Origin: Octopus sinensis
Lineage: Eukaryota
DNA length: 64,000 nt
Assembly (NCBI RefSeq): GCF_006345805.1
Contig: NC_043017.1
Location: forward strand, 17,360,001-17,424,000
Direction of reading: 5' to 3'
The notes beneath the pieces are model-generated. The model was not told where the DNA came from. It saw nothing but the letters and a program-made list of their open reading frames with translations, and did not search any database. The translations under genes and the position numbers were made by a program. Positions 1 to 13,683 of the stretch are shown here, one piece after another. The number at the start of each line of letters is the position of its first letter. The first letter of the stretch is position 1.

Positions 1-482
1 CGGATAGAACATGTATTTCATTTGTTTTTCCTTTGTTAATGAAATGAGTTATTTGACCATGTGAATAAAGCTTTAAATTATGTATATACTTTTCATTGGG
101 TGGGTAAAAAGTATAAGGCTGAATTTACCGCTAATGAATTGGCTCATTGGCTCAATACGTAACTACTTTGCGATGAAATGGCAGGCGATGTAATTACCCG
201 CAATAAATTTACAACGAATGGTTTTGTGAAGCGGGGTATTTCATGTAGGACAGGAAAAGAAACTTCGGGAATTTTGAATGGTTTTACTGAAACCTGTTTG
301 CATGTTTTCAAGAGGATTGTCAGGAAAGTATCGACGTTGGTGAGTTTAGGTCCACTTCACTTGCGACTGATACTGCATCACTTTGAGGATGTGTAGCCAC
401 AATTGTTTTAAGGAACACCAAACAAAAGTTGAATTTCCAAATCGATTTTCTTTTAACGACCAAAATAGAAAAACAAAATATT

Positions 483-1482
483 TGGGTGACTCAAAATTAT
501 TGGTACATCTACAACTTTTGATGATGACTTTCGATCAATAGTGTATTCTTTATACTTAATAACTTTCTTCATTCCACTCGCGTAGTTTCCTGTAAACTTC
601 AGCGACAGATCAGAAGGAATTGAAACCTGTTCTTCAATCGCATATTCTTCCAACTGCATCAAATTAGACGGCGTTCTTACTTTCACTCTTTTCTTTAGCT
701 CATGCCATGAAGCTTCTATCGACTTTTAGTCAGGACTTTGAGCCGACCTTGGAAGTACATCTACCTTGTTTTCTTTCAAACAATTTTCGATTAAAAGTGA
801 GGTAAACTTGAAATCAATTTCCAACTGTGGAAGGTCCAACTGTGTCCTAACCCCAGTTGTTTCGCCGATGACTTCAGGTTTTCATTCAAAACATCGAAAT
901 AATTCTCTTTTTTCATAGTTCCTTCAATTCGAATTAATTTTCCTATGCCTTTAGCCAAAAACAGACTCTCTATTGAGAGTTCGAGTATCGTTAATCTTGA
1001 AACATGGACTCTGATAGCTGTCAAATTAGTTTTCGTCATCACAGTTGTTATTTTAGGGTCATTGTTGACCATTTTAATTAACATCTGCTCATCTTGTCCT
1101 AAAAAAGAACTTTCTGCCGCATCTACTCTCATTCATTATCAAACCGTTATCTCGGTGCTTCATAATTATGTTGCCAACAGTTGATCTAGCCATACTGAAA
1201 TTCTTAGATATTGCCTTATACCTATCTCCAGCAGCATAAGCATCAACAATTTGATAAAGGTGCTCTTGCACCTTTATCATGACGTCGATGATAGAATAGT
1301 CTGTTGCCCAAAAGAAGGTTGCAAATTGATTGTGTAAGTAATGTCACGTAGCCTTGACACACGTTATTCTAGAAGTTTCTGTATCTTTGAACTTTCTCAG
1401 GATGACGTAACCTCTCATATTCAGTGTTTATTGCAGCGCAATAATCAAATTGTCATGAAGGTGCCAATAATTTTGAACCGTG
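483..1482 (-). mobile_element. Degenerate Tc1-family DNA transposon
   Basis: Inverted TIR cores tcaaaattattggtac (491-506) and gtgccaataattttga (1461-1476). Minus-strand fragments resemble Tc1 transposase (KKENYFDVLNENLKSSAKQLGLGHSWTF; VRTPSNLMQLEEYAIEE) across several frames. Confidence 0.75.
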
Positions 1483-1724
1483 CTTGAAATCTTTATCGCC
1501 TGAGATTACCATATTAAACATCACCAGATGTCCTCCTTTGGCAAAATTTATGCTTTAGTTGTTTATATTATCGTGACTTAAGAGCGTTTTCGTTGACATC
1601 TAACTTTAGCGAGAAATTCAATAAAAACCCATTTTTGACAAGGAGTGCCATTAACTGTGGGTACCAGTATATGAATGTATATATAACCTTATACAGACAT
1701 AAGGCCGGAAATTAGGGGGAGGAG

Positions 1725-1870
1725 GAGTTAACTAAGTAAATTGACCCCAGTTATCTTGACGTATTTTATTTTACCGATATCTGAAGGGCGAAAGGCAAAG
1801 TTGACTTCAACAGGATTTGAACTTAGAACGTAGAAAGTTGGAATAAAATACCATAACACATTTTGACCAC
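1725..1870 (-). mobile_element. SINE family A fragment
   Basis: Reverse-strand match to the SINE-A body seen at 8725-8958 (ttctaagttcaaatcc...gtcaactttgcctttcgccct). Confidence 0.6.
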
Positions 1871-2039
1871 ACTCAAACGATTCTGTACCACCACCACCAC
1901 CCACACACCCAGGCATACACGCTGTATGTGAGATATACAGTATAAGCTTTTATGAATAAACAAAATTCCTCCAAGATAAATAAAGAAGGAATGCACTTAT
2001 ATTAGAAATTATTCAAAGGTCGGTGTGCAGTGCACATTA

Positions 2040-2375
2040 TATCTGTGAATGAGTGTGTCTACACCAATACTCATACATACATACATACATATATACATAT
2101 ACAAACAGATATGCATACATTGTATATACTGATACATATACATATATATATATATAAATGCATACCCATATATACATATATAAAGGTTTATGTGTATATA
2201 TACATATGTATAAATATATATGAATATATAAATTTACATATGTATGTACATGTATGTATATATATATATACATATGAATGTAATATATGTGTAAATACGT
2301 GTATCTATCAGTAGGTAGATATATATGAATCTGTATACATATATTATAATATATATATATACATGTATATATGTG

Positions 2376-2407
<32 letters not shown>

Positions 2408-2933
2408 ATATATTATATATAATATATAATATATATTATATATGCTTCTATATATGCTTCTATATATAGAGAGAGGCGTGGGGAGGAAGAGACAAATGAA
2501 CCATCCATCATGCTAGTTATCTCCCCATCATTTAATCTATATCTGCCTATCTCTTTCTCGAGTGTACTGCTGACAATCTATATACACACGTATACACACT
2601 CATACGTAAACATACACACATACATTTATACACGAACACACACTCTCTCTCTCCCTCTCCCTCTCTCCCCCTCTCCCTCTCTCCCCCTCTCTCTCTCTCT
2701 CACGTATGGTATGCATTGTAGAGACTGTTTATGAAAGACCACAGAAGTCACATTAAATCAACGCAACAGTGGCGTATTTTGACGGAGCTTCTAAAGACTG
2801 GAAGAATGGAACTCCAGTTAAAGACGATAAGGAATTTTATACAACACTGTCCTCTTTCTGCGTCTTCCATATACATATACATATGTATAAATATATCCAC
2901 ACACACACCACATACACACAGACACACATACAG

Positions 2934-2993
<60 letters not shown>

Positions 2994-3032
2994 TTTTATA
3001 CATATGTATATATTATGTGTGTTGTAGATATA

Positions 3033-3077
<45 letters not shown>

Positions 3078-3244
3078 GTATATGTATGTATATAGGTACA
3101 TATATATATATAACTATATGTGTATATATATATATATATATATACAAAATTATATATATATATGTGCATGTATTTATGTATGTGTACATATACATATACA
3201 TACACGTATATGTTTGTATGTATGTATATATATATATATATATA

Positions 3245-3319
<75 letters not shown>

Positions 3320-3420
3320 CATGTATGCATACATATATACAAAATACACACACACACACACACACTCACATTATACATATTTACGTATAATGTCTGTATA
3401 TTATATAGGGCACAGTTAAC
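2040..3420. repeat. (TA)n/(CA)n/(TACA)n microsatellite field, representative of many such fields in the window
   Basis: Directly visible dinucleotide and tetranucleotide runs. Similar fields occur at ~4.17-4.9, 7.7-8.3, 10.7-11.05, 11.85-12.1, 18.05-18.9, 21.1-21.4, 22.6-22.8, 24.05-24.7, 28.35-28.7, 50.1-50.8 and 63.35-64.0 kb. Confidence 0.95.
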
Positions 3421-3604
3421 GCATCTGAATTGAGTCCACACCCTTTGACATTGCATTTCATAACAACGTGTGTGTTCCCCAGTCAAGAGAGATGGTGGTG
3501 GCAGTGATGGAGTAATCCGGTCTTCTATTCTCTCGTTTCTAGAACTGGTCTGCTTTGATCTTCACTCGCTAAATAGCGTTGTATGTATAGACTGTCTGGT
3601 CGTG

Positions 3605-3645
<41 letters not shown>

Positions 3646-3705
3646 TCACACATACATATATATGCAGATACATACACGTACATATGTATATGTGTGTGTG
3701 TGTAT

Positions 3706-3737
<32 letters not shown>

Positions 3738-4243
3738 TGTGTGCGTACAGCTTACATTCGATCTATCATTTACAATATAGTTATGAATATTCATGTAATT
3801 TTTCTTATCTTTCACTTGTTTCATTCATTAGACCTTGGCCATGCTGCAGCACCGCCTCACAGAATTTTTATACGAATCTTATCAACCCCGGTGCTTTTGT
3901 TTTTTCTTTTTTTTTTTCTTAAGCCTAGTTCTTATTCTATTGGTTTGTTTCACCTTAGAGAAATTCGTATTCTTTTTGCTTTCAAATGATACAAAACCGC
4001 TGCCTAGGCAGGTAGACAGGACGAAATCTCCGCTCCGTTACTGGAGTAACGTGGAAAGGAAACTTTTTCCTCAAGAACACAAACCAAAGCCGGTCCGGAA
4101 ATTGAAACCACTATCTTGTGATCATGAATGCAACCTTTAGACATAACGTTACGAGACTTCACCCTAACATGCACTCATATATACATATATATATATATAT
4201 ACACACACACGCATATGTATATATAATATATATATATATATAT

Positions 4244-4296
<53 letters not shown>

Positions 4297-4914
4297 CTAT
4301 AATGCATATATATTATATATACACCACACGCATATGTATATATACGTATACAGACACACACGCAAACATACATATATATATATGTATGTATGTATATGTA
4401 TGTATGTATGTATGTATGTATGGGTATGCACATAAATTTGTGTCTGAGAGTACGATTATACATACAATATGTTACTATAATATATTCATATATACGCATG
4501 CATATATATATATATATTGTATGTGTGTGCTATATATGATATGATAAAATATAGATAGCACATAGACAGTCTAAACATTCCTATATACTCCCATTTATCT
4601 AAATAGATGTTGAAAGAAAACTTGACAGGGCATGAATATACATCAATAAAGAATGGGATATAAATATGCGTTTGCATATATATATGTGTGTGTGTGTGTG
4701 TGTGCATAAATTTACATATATATAAATATATATATGTTTATATATACATATATACACACACACACATATATATATATGCATCTTTGTACATATGTGTGTA
4801 AGTGTATATATATATAAGTGCATCACATATCTGTGTGTATATAAATGTATAAATGTTCATATACGTGTGTGTAGTATGTGTGTGCGTGTGTGCATGTGTG
4901 TGTGTGTGTGTGCC

Positions 4915-5115
4915 TGTGTTTGTCCCCCACCGTCGCTTGACAACTGATGTTGGTGTGTTTTTTACGTCCCCTTTAAACTAGCGGTTCGGCAAAAGAAACT
5001 AATAGAATAAGTACTAGGCTTACAAAGAATAAGTCCTGGGGTTGATTTGTTCGATTAAAGGCGGTGCTCCAGCATGGCCGCAGTCAAATGACTGAAACAA
5101 GTAAAAGTATAAGAG
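4915..5115 (+). mobile_element. SINE family B, 3' half
   Basis: cgcttgacaac...gcggttcggcaaaag...gcggtgctccagcatggccgcagtcaaatgactgaaacaagtaaaag. The same module recurs at ~6972 (-), ~29185 and ~57490. Confidence 0.75.
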
Positions 5116-5146
5116 AATATATAAGCTCATACATATATACATATAA

Positions 5147-5200
<54 letters not shown>

Positions 5201-6971
5201 CATATCTATATATATACATATATATATTCAAATGTGTATGTATATTTATTCACACACTTTCATACAAACATGCACACACATACACACCCACACACACACT
5301 CACACACACACACACACACATACACACAAACATACAAAAAGATACAAGCACACGCACATCGCTCCGAATATATACGCAATATTTATCAATGGTTCATTCA
5401 GTATAGTTTACAAAAACCCGGTACGAAGTGTCGTGGGTGAGAGAATGAATGGGATGGCAGAAGGAGGCGGAGTCGGAGGGAAGCGGAGGAGAAGGGTGGA
5501 GGAGATGGAGGGAGAGGAAAAAGAGGACAGGAGAAGGAGGTTATTATGAGGTGAGTGTTAACGAGTAGCTGTTGATTTATTAACTATCTTTAACAGTGTG
5601 TTATCTGTTTTAGTATTTTAGTAGTTATGTAGCGATTGTAGAGGTGGGTCGGAGTGATGGGAACCTATAGAATGGTGATGTGGAAATACTATGGAAGAGC
5701 CGGTCAACGATTGATAGAACCTGTTTTGTGGTTCCTCGTCCTCGCTAGAAATATCAGCCACTTCCCCTCCGTCACATCTTGGTTAGTCTTATACGTCGTT
5801 GGTCACTACCTCTGCTGTCCCTGGGCTGTTTCAAGCAGCAAATGCCTAGTCCCAGGTTCACTTACCACCTCCCCACACATGGATTCGCCCCGAAAGAATG
5901 ACAAACCAAAACGTTTGCAACATCCATAGAACTGTCATGGGGATGCCAAATAGTGGTCAAGTTTAAACCTTTTGCACTCACATTATTCAATCAAATATAA
6001 TACTTATTTTCATTGTTTTGATTTAATCATGTATTATCTCATAGCTTTGAGACTTTGATGATGTAATTGCATATTTTTAGAATAACTTAGTAAGGGTAGA
6101 TCCGGGAGACCAGATCTGGCCAGTTTGAACATAAAACAGGTAGAATATTTGGGGCAGATATGGCTGCTTTAAATGCTAAAGGGTTAACTGTACATATTTA
6201 CCTTAGGGCCCCTGCCCCACTGCAGTTTTTTGTAGCTTCTTTTCTTAAAACGTTTCATAAATTACTTTACAAAACAGTTGGAAGTTTATCCTTATAGGGG
6301 ACATGGTTTACGCAGAGCTAGTCTCACCCTTGTCCATCAAACTTGTACTGGTCCGGTGCAGTAATTATCAAGATGTAGGAGTTGTATGGAGTTACCTTCT
6401 CCTGGATAACAGCTACAGAGCTAAAGGACCTCATATACCCTACATCCGTTGAAATGTCTGTCAGTGACTTTAACTAGTGTTTTAGAAAAACGAAAAACGA
6501 AAAACGAAAGATAAACTGGAGAATGTAGTCCGAGATACGTTTTGGCTAAGAAAGCATATTGGTTTGGTCTTGGCTGGAATGCATATGCCCATACGTATGT
6601 TTAATCAGGGTTTACTAGAGGTGCTAAACAACTATAACAAGAACAATATGATCATAAACTTTATCAATGTATAAGCTTGTATATGGACGCTTGACCCATT
6701 AGAAATAGCAGCTAATTGTCCCTAAACATAAAGCCCGATTGACCTGTGAGATAGAAATGAGGAACATCAACTCACACGGCTTTGGTCGGTCTTGAGCTAT
6801 AGCAGGTGACACTTTCCAAAGGCGTCACACAATGATACTGAAACCGAGACGGTGTTGTTGGGAAGCAAGTTTCTTACCACACAGCCACCACAGCTCTGAC
6901 CACTCAACTTCACTATCAACCCGTTGACTAATATTCTGGTTTCTTCAGCTCGTAAATATTTTCAGCCAGCT

Positions 6972-7370
6972 TCTTTTATCTTTTACTTGTTTCAGTCATT
7001 AGACTACGGTCATGCTGGGGCAACGCTTTGAAGAATTTGTAGTCGAATGAATCGACAACTCTTCCTATTTTAATTGTAAATCTAAGCTTATTTTATCTGT
7101 CTCTTTAGCTGAACAACTGGATTATGGGGACGTGAAAATACCAACACCGGTTGTCAAGCGGTGTTGGTAGGACAAGAGAGACGACACCCACACACCCACC
7201 TACACACAACATGTATGCGACGGGCTTCTTTCAGTTTCTGTTTACCAAATTCACACACAAGGCTTCGATTAACCTAAGTTTATAGAAGACACTTGCCCAA
7301 GGTGCCGTACAGCGGGACTGACCCCGGATCCACGTGGTTGGGAAGCAAGCTTCTTGCTACACAACCACTC
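6972..7370 (-). mobile_element. SINE family B, complete layout (tRNA-like head, microsatellite, tail)
   Basis: On the minus strand the head gtggttgtgtagcaagaagcttgcttcccaaccacgtgg is followed by a GT-rich spacer and the tail. It contains an uninterrupted AAGAAGCTTGCTTCC at 7341-7355. Confidence 0.8.
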
Positions 7371-7868
7371 TGTTAACATTAATTTAACTTCAATTTGTTT
7401 TGCATTACCATAGTACCGACACAGCGTGAGTTATCAATAAATATGACATCACTCATTACTGTTGAGTGTAACTCGAAAATGGAATTTGAGTGACAAGTTG
7501 AGTGTTAAGTAGAGATGAAGTATCAAGTTACATTGTTCAAATATTTACTTCCATCTCTACAGTTTCATGTTAAGTAGCAGATGAATAATAATGATAAGGA
7601 TTCAAATCGCGGGACGGCTGGGGGTGTCTTTTGCATATGTGTTTATGTATTGGTAGCGATTGGAATGACGATAACACTGTATACATTGCAGTCATTCCTT
7701 CACGTGTAAAAGATGTGTTCGCGAGCGCGTGTATGTATGTATGTTTGTATGTATATATACATAAATACATATATACATACATAAATGCATACATACACAC
7801 ACACTCACGCACACACACACACACCACACACACACACAAACCACACACAAACAACATACATATGTATA

Positions 7869-7913
<45 letters not shown>

Positions 7914-7915
<2 letters not shown>

Positions 7916-8077
7916 TGCAGGAGTGGCTGTGTAGTAAGAAGCTTGCTTACCAACCACATGGTCCGAATTCAGTCTCACTGTATGGCATCTTCGGCAAGTG
8001 TCTTCTACTAAAGCTTCGGGCCGATTAAAGCCTTGTGAACGGATTTGGTAGACGGTAACTGAAAGAAGCCTGTCGTA
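7914..8077 (+). mobile_element. SINE family B head
   Basis: ggtgcaggagtggctgtgtagtaagaagcttgcttaccaaccacatggtccgaattcagtctc has an A/B-box-like tRNA head and follows a (TA)n run. Confidence 0.8.
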
Positions 8078-8165
8078 TTATATTATATATATATTATATA
8101 TATATATATATGTGTGTGTGTGGGTGTGTATGTATGTATATATTATATATATATAGTATATATGC

Positions 8166-8218
<53 letters not shown>

Positions 8219-8724
8219 TATATATATGTATATATGTATGTGATGTATGTATGTATGTATGTATGTATGTAGTATGTATGTATGTATGTATGTATGTATG
8301 TATGTATAAGGTTAGCTGACTTAGAGGTTAAAATAACGTCTAAAGGATAGAAATAACCATTACACTACCGATATACTACCTAGGTTTAACCATGGGCATC
8401 CATATGCAAGCATATTATGCTCATAAATTAAAGGTAAAGACAAGGATAAACATGAGTTTATCAAGAATCAAAATTTAAAGAAAACAAAGAATGGAGAAAT
8501 ATTGATGAACAACAATTGACTTACATCAATTATTATTTATTTATTCAATACAAATAGACTGCATCCCATCTGACAGCTGTTTCTGCTTCCAACGTTGTAT
8601 GGTATTGTCACTGATATGATAAAAGTATTTATCATATTTGGTAATAAAATCGATCTGAAACATGGAGCATCATCAGAGTGAAGAATAAATAAAGAAAAGC
8701 TGAATACGGTTGTAATCATACCAT

Positions 8725-8958
8725 AAAGGCGGCGAGCTAGCGGAATCGTTAGCACGTCGGGCGAAATGCTTAGCGGTATTTCGGCTGCCGTTACGTTGTG
8801 AGTTCAAATTCCGCCGAGGTCGACTTTGCCTTTCATCCTTTCGGGGTCGATAAATTAAGTACCAGTTAAGCACTGGGGTCGATATAATCGACTTAATACC
8901 TATGTCTGTCCATGTTTGTCCCCTTTATATTTAGCCCCTTGTGGGTAATAAAGAAATA
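8725..8958 (+). mobile_element. SINE family A, full length, with 17-bp TSD
   Basis: ggcggcgagctagcggaatcgttagc...gagttcaaattcc...tttagccccttgtgggtaataaagaaata. TSD ggttgtaatcataccat at 8708-8724 and 8959-8975. Confidence 0.9.
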
Positions 8959-9460
8959 GGTTGTAATCATACCATTTGCTTGTGTATCTCTTTGGGATGT
9001 TAAGTAAATCTACTTAACATCTGAGAGTTTCGTGCATTGTATATAGAAGCGTAGCCTTACGTATGTATTTAGTCGCTCCGTGAAATTAAGGCCCCAGGTT
9101 TGTTTTTATTTTCATATATCTTGGCATTGCGTATCGAGGCAGTTGGCTTTGCCCTCGTTAGGGTTTATCAAGTTATGCTCACTTCTTATATCCAAGCGGC
9201 CAAAGATTAGTGGCGGAATACTTATCAGATTCAACTTATTTCCATAAAGCTACAAGCTAAACAAGCCTGGTCTTAAAGAGTCTATACTATTTCACGTTCA
9301 TTCAATACGGGAATAATTCCATTCACAATGAGAATATTAAAAACGAGAATTAAAAATACAGTAATTTTGCTTTAATTACGTATCATTAATAATAAACAGA
9401 TTTTTGCATTATATCGTTCCATTCATTGTCAATTTATTCACTAAGTTTATTTATTATTTA

Positions 9461-9848
9461 CTAGCAGTATCGCCCGGCGTTGCTCGGGTTTGTAAGGGAA
9501 ATAGCTATATAAGCATTTTTAGAGAGTTATAGCCAAAAAATAGCAAAAAAAAGGGAAAAAAAATTATGGTAAATTTATTTTTAAATCGTTGACTCATCGT
9601 AGACATTTTTAGAGAGTTACTTCCCTTATATAATAGTGAAAAAATGCATTAAAATGGAAAAAAATGATGGTAAATTATTTTTAAAATCGTAGACTCATCG
9701 TAGACGCGCGCTAATACCCAGAAGGGCTCGATATTAATCACGACTATAAGATACCCGCTTTTGGTTACACTGCACCGCAAAATGTGGGAGTAGTTAGGAA
9801 TCTAAATTGTAGGAGACAGACACACAACTTGACTTTTATATATAAAGA
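9461..9848 (-). mobile_element. Non-autonomous Helitron-type element
   Basis: The minus strand begins A|TCTTTATATATAAAAG and ends with hairpin cccgagcaacgccggg followed by CTAG|T, the canonical Helitron termini and A-T insertion site. Confidence 0.85.
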
Positions 9849-10162
9849 TTTCCAGAAAGCATTTTACACTGTATGTAATATGTATACAACGAATACACAT
9901 CGTTCTACCTTGAATGTTCTATCTCAGACGGCTATGAGCCACGCCTTCAACGTTCTTTTATACAATTCGTTCAAAGAAATATTATGCCAATATTTAGCTT
10001 CGTTTAAATGTAATTTTGAAGACTAGTTGTAATAAACTGAAATTAATAGTGATTCTATTATCTTTATAGAAGTTTCTTGGCGCCGTTTCATAACATTGAC
10101 TAATGTCGGGATGGGTAGAAGAGTAGATGGATGGGTGGAGATCTACACTAACCGCCCTTCAT

Positions 10163-10216
<54 letters not shown>

Positions 10217-10455
10217 CAATAGCTAACCCAAATACATCGTATAACAGGTGCAGGATATAATATCAGACTTTTTCAACAATATATGAATATAGACACACAT
10301 AGTGTTTATGTGTGTGTGTGTTGTTATGTATGTGTGTGTGCATCAGTGTATGTATGTTTGTTATTGTTGTGTATGTATATATATATATATATATTAATTG
10401 TCGTGATTAATAATAAAACCTCGTATATTCCATATTCCGTCTTCATTTGCCATAT

Positions 10456-10526
<71 letters not shown>

Positions 10527-10643
10527 TACATATACATATATATAAAGTTAATCCAAACATGAAAGCACAAAAAACACAACAACGCGAGGACGTGGAACAA
10601 ATATAGTATTATTGGACGCTCAGGAAAGAAGGAAAGAAGGAGG

Positions 10644-10678
10644 GTTTAACGTTTCGAGCGGAGCTCTTCGTCGGAAAC
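10644..10678 (-). ncRNA. Minimal type I hammerhead ribozyme motif (Penelope-like element remnant)
   Basis: Minus strand reads gttt-CCGACGA-a-gagc(tcc)gctc-GAAA-CGT-T-aaac: 4-bp stem I, U4C core variant, 4-bp stem II, palindromic ACGT stem III. Confidence 0.6.
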
Positions 10679-10711
10679 ATTGAAGAAGGAAAGATCCAGA
10701 GAAGGGAAGAC

Positions 10712-10743
<32 letters not shown>

Positions 10744-10797
10744 ACACTCACACACATGCATATACACATGCAAAAATTTATATTCTGTATATGCATT

Positions 10798-10833
<36 letters not shown>

Positions 10834-11569
10834 AATATATATATATATACATATATATATGTATGTGTATGTGTGTGTATATTATCTATTTATGTGAGTA
10901 TATGTTGCGTATGTGTTGTGTGTGTGTTAGTGTGTAAACATATATATACGCATACATACCCACATGTATACATATATAAACACCTACTTATATACATGCA
11001 CTCATACATTCATACACATACACACACATATACAACACATATACACACACAACATATGATATTGGCTGGTTAAAACTAAACCTGGATATGGTGTCTTGGA
11101 GAAAAAACGTGGTTCCATAATTCAATCACACCACATCACCAGGACGATATTCATCTGCGAAATATAAATATCTGCAAGACATTCTTAAAATTTCAAGGGT
11201 GAATACTTGTGCAGAGGTCGTCGTAATGAACAACCCCACCCCCTATACCTTTTGTTTTCATTTTGTCCCGTCCCCAAGCAAAAGAGAAACATTTAGTATA
11301 TGTGTTTACCAGCTGAGGTTGTATATATTAGCGACAGAAATAACATCAATACTGAAAAGTAATATTTATCCCCACTTAAAGAAAGGATGTTCTGTTAGAA
11401 CAAACTATACTGCAGTAGATACCATGAGAGACACTCTCATACAGGCTTTTGGTGCAAAATCTACGCTTGCTTATATCGCTAGTGGGGAGTGAAATCCCCA
11501 CCAACTCCAGCACTGAGACCAGCAGATCACGTGCTTTCGAACGTTTGTACTACGAAAAATATTGGTTTC

Positions 11570-11775
11570 AAATTTTAGTACCAATCCAGCAATTTCGGAG
11601 GAAGGATAAGTCGATTACACCGACCCTAATGCTTAGCTGGTTGTTATTTTATCGACCCTGAAAGGAAGGAAAGAAAAGTCGACCTCGGCGGTATTTGAAC
11701 TCAAAACGGAAAGGCGGAAGAAATGGCGTTAAGCACTTTGCCCGGCGCGCTAACCATTCTACTAGCTCGCCGCTA
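11570..11775 (-). mobile_element. SINE family A copy
   Basis: Reverse complement of gcggcgagctagtagaatggttagcgcgccgggc...gagttcaaataccgccgaggtcgac. Confidence 0.8.
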
Positions 11776-11880
11776 TGGCATCACTAAAAGTATTCGTTTC
11801 AAATTTTGGCACAGGCCAGCAATTTCGAGGTGAAGTTATTCTTACTGTGTGCGTGTGTTTGTTTGTTTGTTTGTGTGTGT

Positions 11881-11914
<34 letters not shown>

Positions 11915-11964
11915 GTGTGTGTGTGTGTGTGTGTGGTGTGTGTGTGTGTGTGTGTTGTGTGTGT

Positions 11965-12002
<38 letters not shown>

Positions 12003-12774
12003 TGTGTGTGGTGTGTGTGTGTGTGTGTGTTGTGTGTGTGTGTCTGTGTGTGTGTGTGTGTGTGTTGTGTGTGTGTGTCTGTGTGTGTGTGTGTGTGTAG
12101 TCGATATGATGAGGCGATATATATACAGTATATAGTATAAAATTTCTAAAAATCCTTCACGTAATCAAGCGGTTCTTATCACTTCTCTAAACACACATAT
12201 TTAGGATACAAATACGTAAACATCGACACAAAATAGTTACTAACTATAGCAACGAAATGATTAAACCTTTTGATTAAATTCTCTCAAATCCATATTACTT
12301 CACTTTTTACGTTTATTATAAGCAGCTGTGTTTAGTCATAATCGGGGTTGTTCTCTCATCTAAGATGTGTTTCAACACATTTGTATCGTTATTCTGTTCA
12401 GGTCTCTCTTGAAGTGATAAATCTAAGCTAGACCAAGTTCAGCTAAGGAGATACATCACCTGAAAAGGATATGAGACGTTTTAGCACAGCTGTTTCATCG
12501 TCGCCTATTTGGCTTCGTTGAATCGACGCTGGCTTATTTGACATCGGACGTTTCTTTCTTTTGCCCTCCTTCCCTCCCTCCTTCACATACATACATACTC
12601 TCTCTTTCTCTCGTTAAGTGTATGTCAAGAGGGAAAGTGTTTATGTCAGTTGTGTCCAATTAATAAATTGTAATTGTATTTTCTTTCTTTCACTCTCGCC
12701 TCTATTTCTCTTCCTTTCTCTCTCCCTCTCTCTCACTCTCTCCCTCTCTCTTTCTCTCTGGTTGTAATGGAGGC

Positions 12775-12830
<56 letters not shown>

Positions 12831-13329
12831 CAGCAGCAGTTGTTGTTGTTGTTGTTGTTGTTGTTTTTGATGTAGTGATCGTCCTGCATTCAGTTGTGAG
12901 ACTCAATACTCAGGAGTTGGAGGAAAAGAAGTATGGCGCTACCCGCCACCTTAGTCATCACTGCTCTCCAGTCCAATGCATATGGAATTGAAAAGAGGGC
13001 TGGACCCTAGACAAGCGTCATACATGACCACCTTGTGTGAAATATTCCCTGATGTCAAGTGAACAACCAATCCACATACTTAAGGGTTAAAGATGCCCTC
13101 TGCCTCGAGGGTGAGCTCAGAAGAGCATAAGACTAACGGAGTAAATTATAAACAGGCTGGCAGAAGGCAATGGGAAACCGCACCTTATCTTTCTCAAGAA
13201 AAATCACAAATATTCAGATTTTAGCATGGAATTCCATGATTGCTGGTGTGCCATGGCTGTAAAACAGGTGTGGCGCATGAAGGGAGAGATACCGTCAACA
13301 AGACGCAGATTATCAGTGGATCGAGTGAC

Positions 13330-13683
13330 CAATAGGTCTATTGTTCCAATTTACCGTCATTCCTCTTCCTGACTGAATCTTGTTTGTTCCTTCTCGAGCC
13401 ATGCCTGGTTCATAAGGGCCGGTTTCCCGGTTTCTTGGCGTATAGGTTCCCCACCTGGACGGGACGCCGGTCCGTCGCAGGTGAGCTGCAAGATGAAGGA
13501 GGAAAGAGTAAGAGAAAGTTGTGGCGAAAGAGTCAGCAGAAGTTTTGCCATTACCTTCTGCCGGAGCTGCGTGGAGCTTAGGTGTTTCGCTCATAAACAC
13601 ACATATCGCCCGGTCTGAGATTCGAACCCGCGATCCCTCGACCGCGAGTCCGCTGCTCTAACCACTAGGCCATGTGCCTCCAC
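13330..13683 (-). mobile_element. SINE family C (tRNA-derived head)
   Basis: Minus strand gtggaggcacatggcctagtggttagagcagcggactcgcggtcgagggatcgcgggttcgaatctc. Related copies at ~58030-58410, ~60020-60342 and ~61310-61575. Confidence 0.75.

Noticed and set aside
13590-13683. tRNA genes (also the heads at 7914, 8728, 58340-58410 and 60270-60342)
   Set aside because: The A/B-box-like heads continue into repeated SINE bodies and do not close a convincing cloverleaf.
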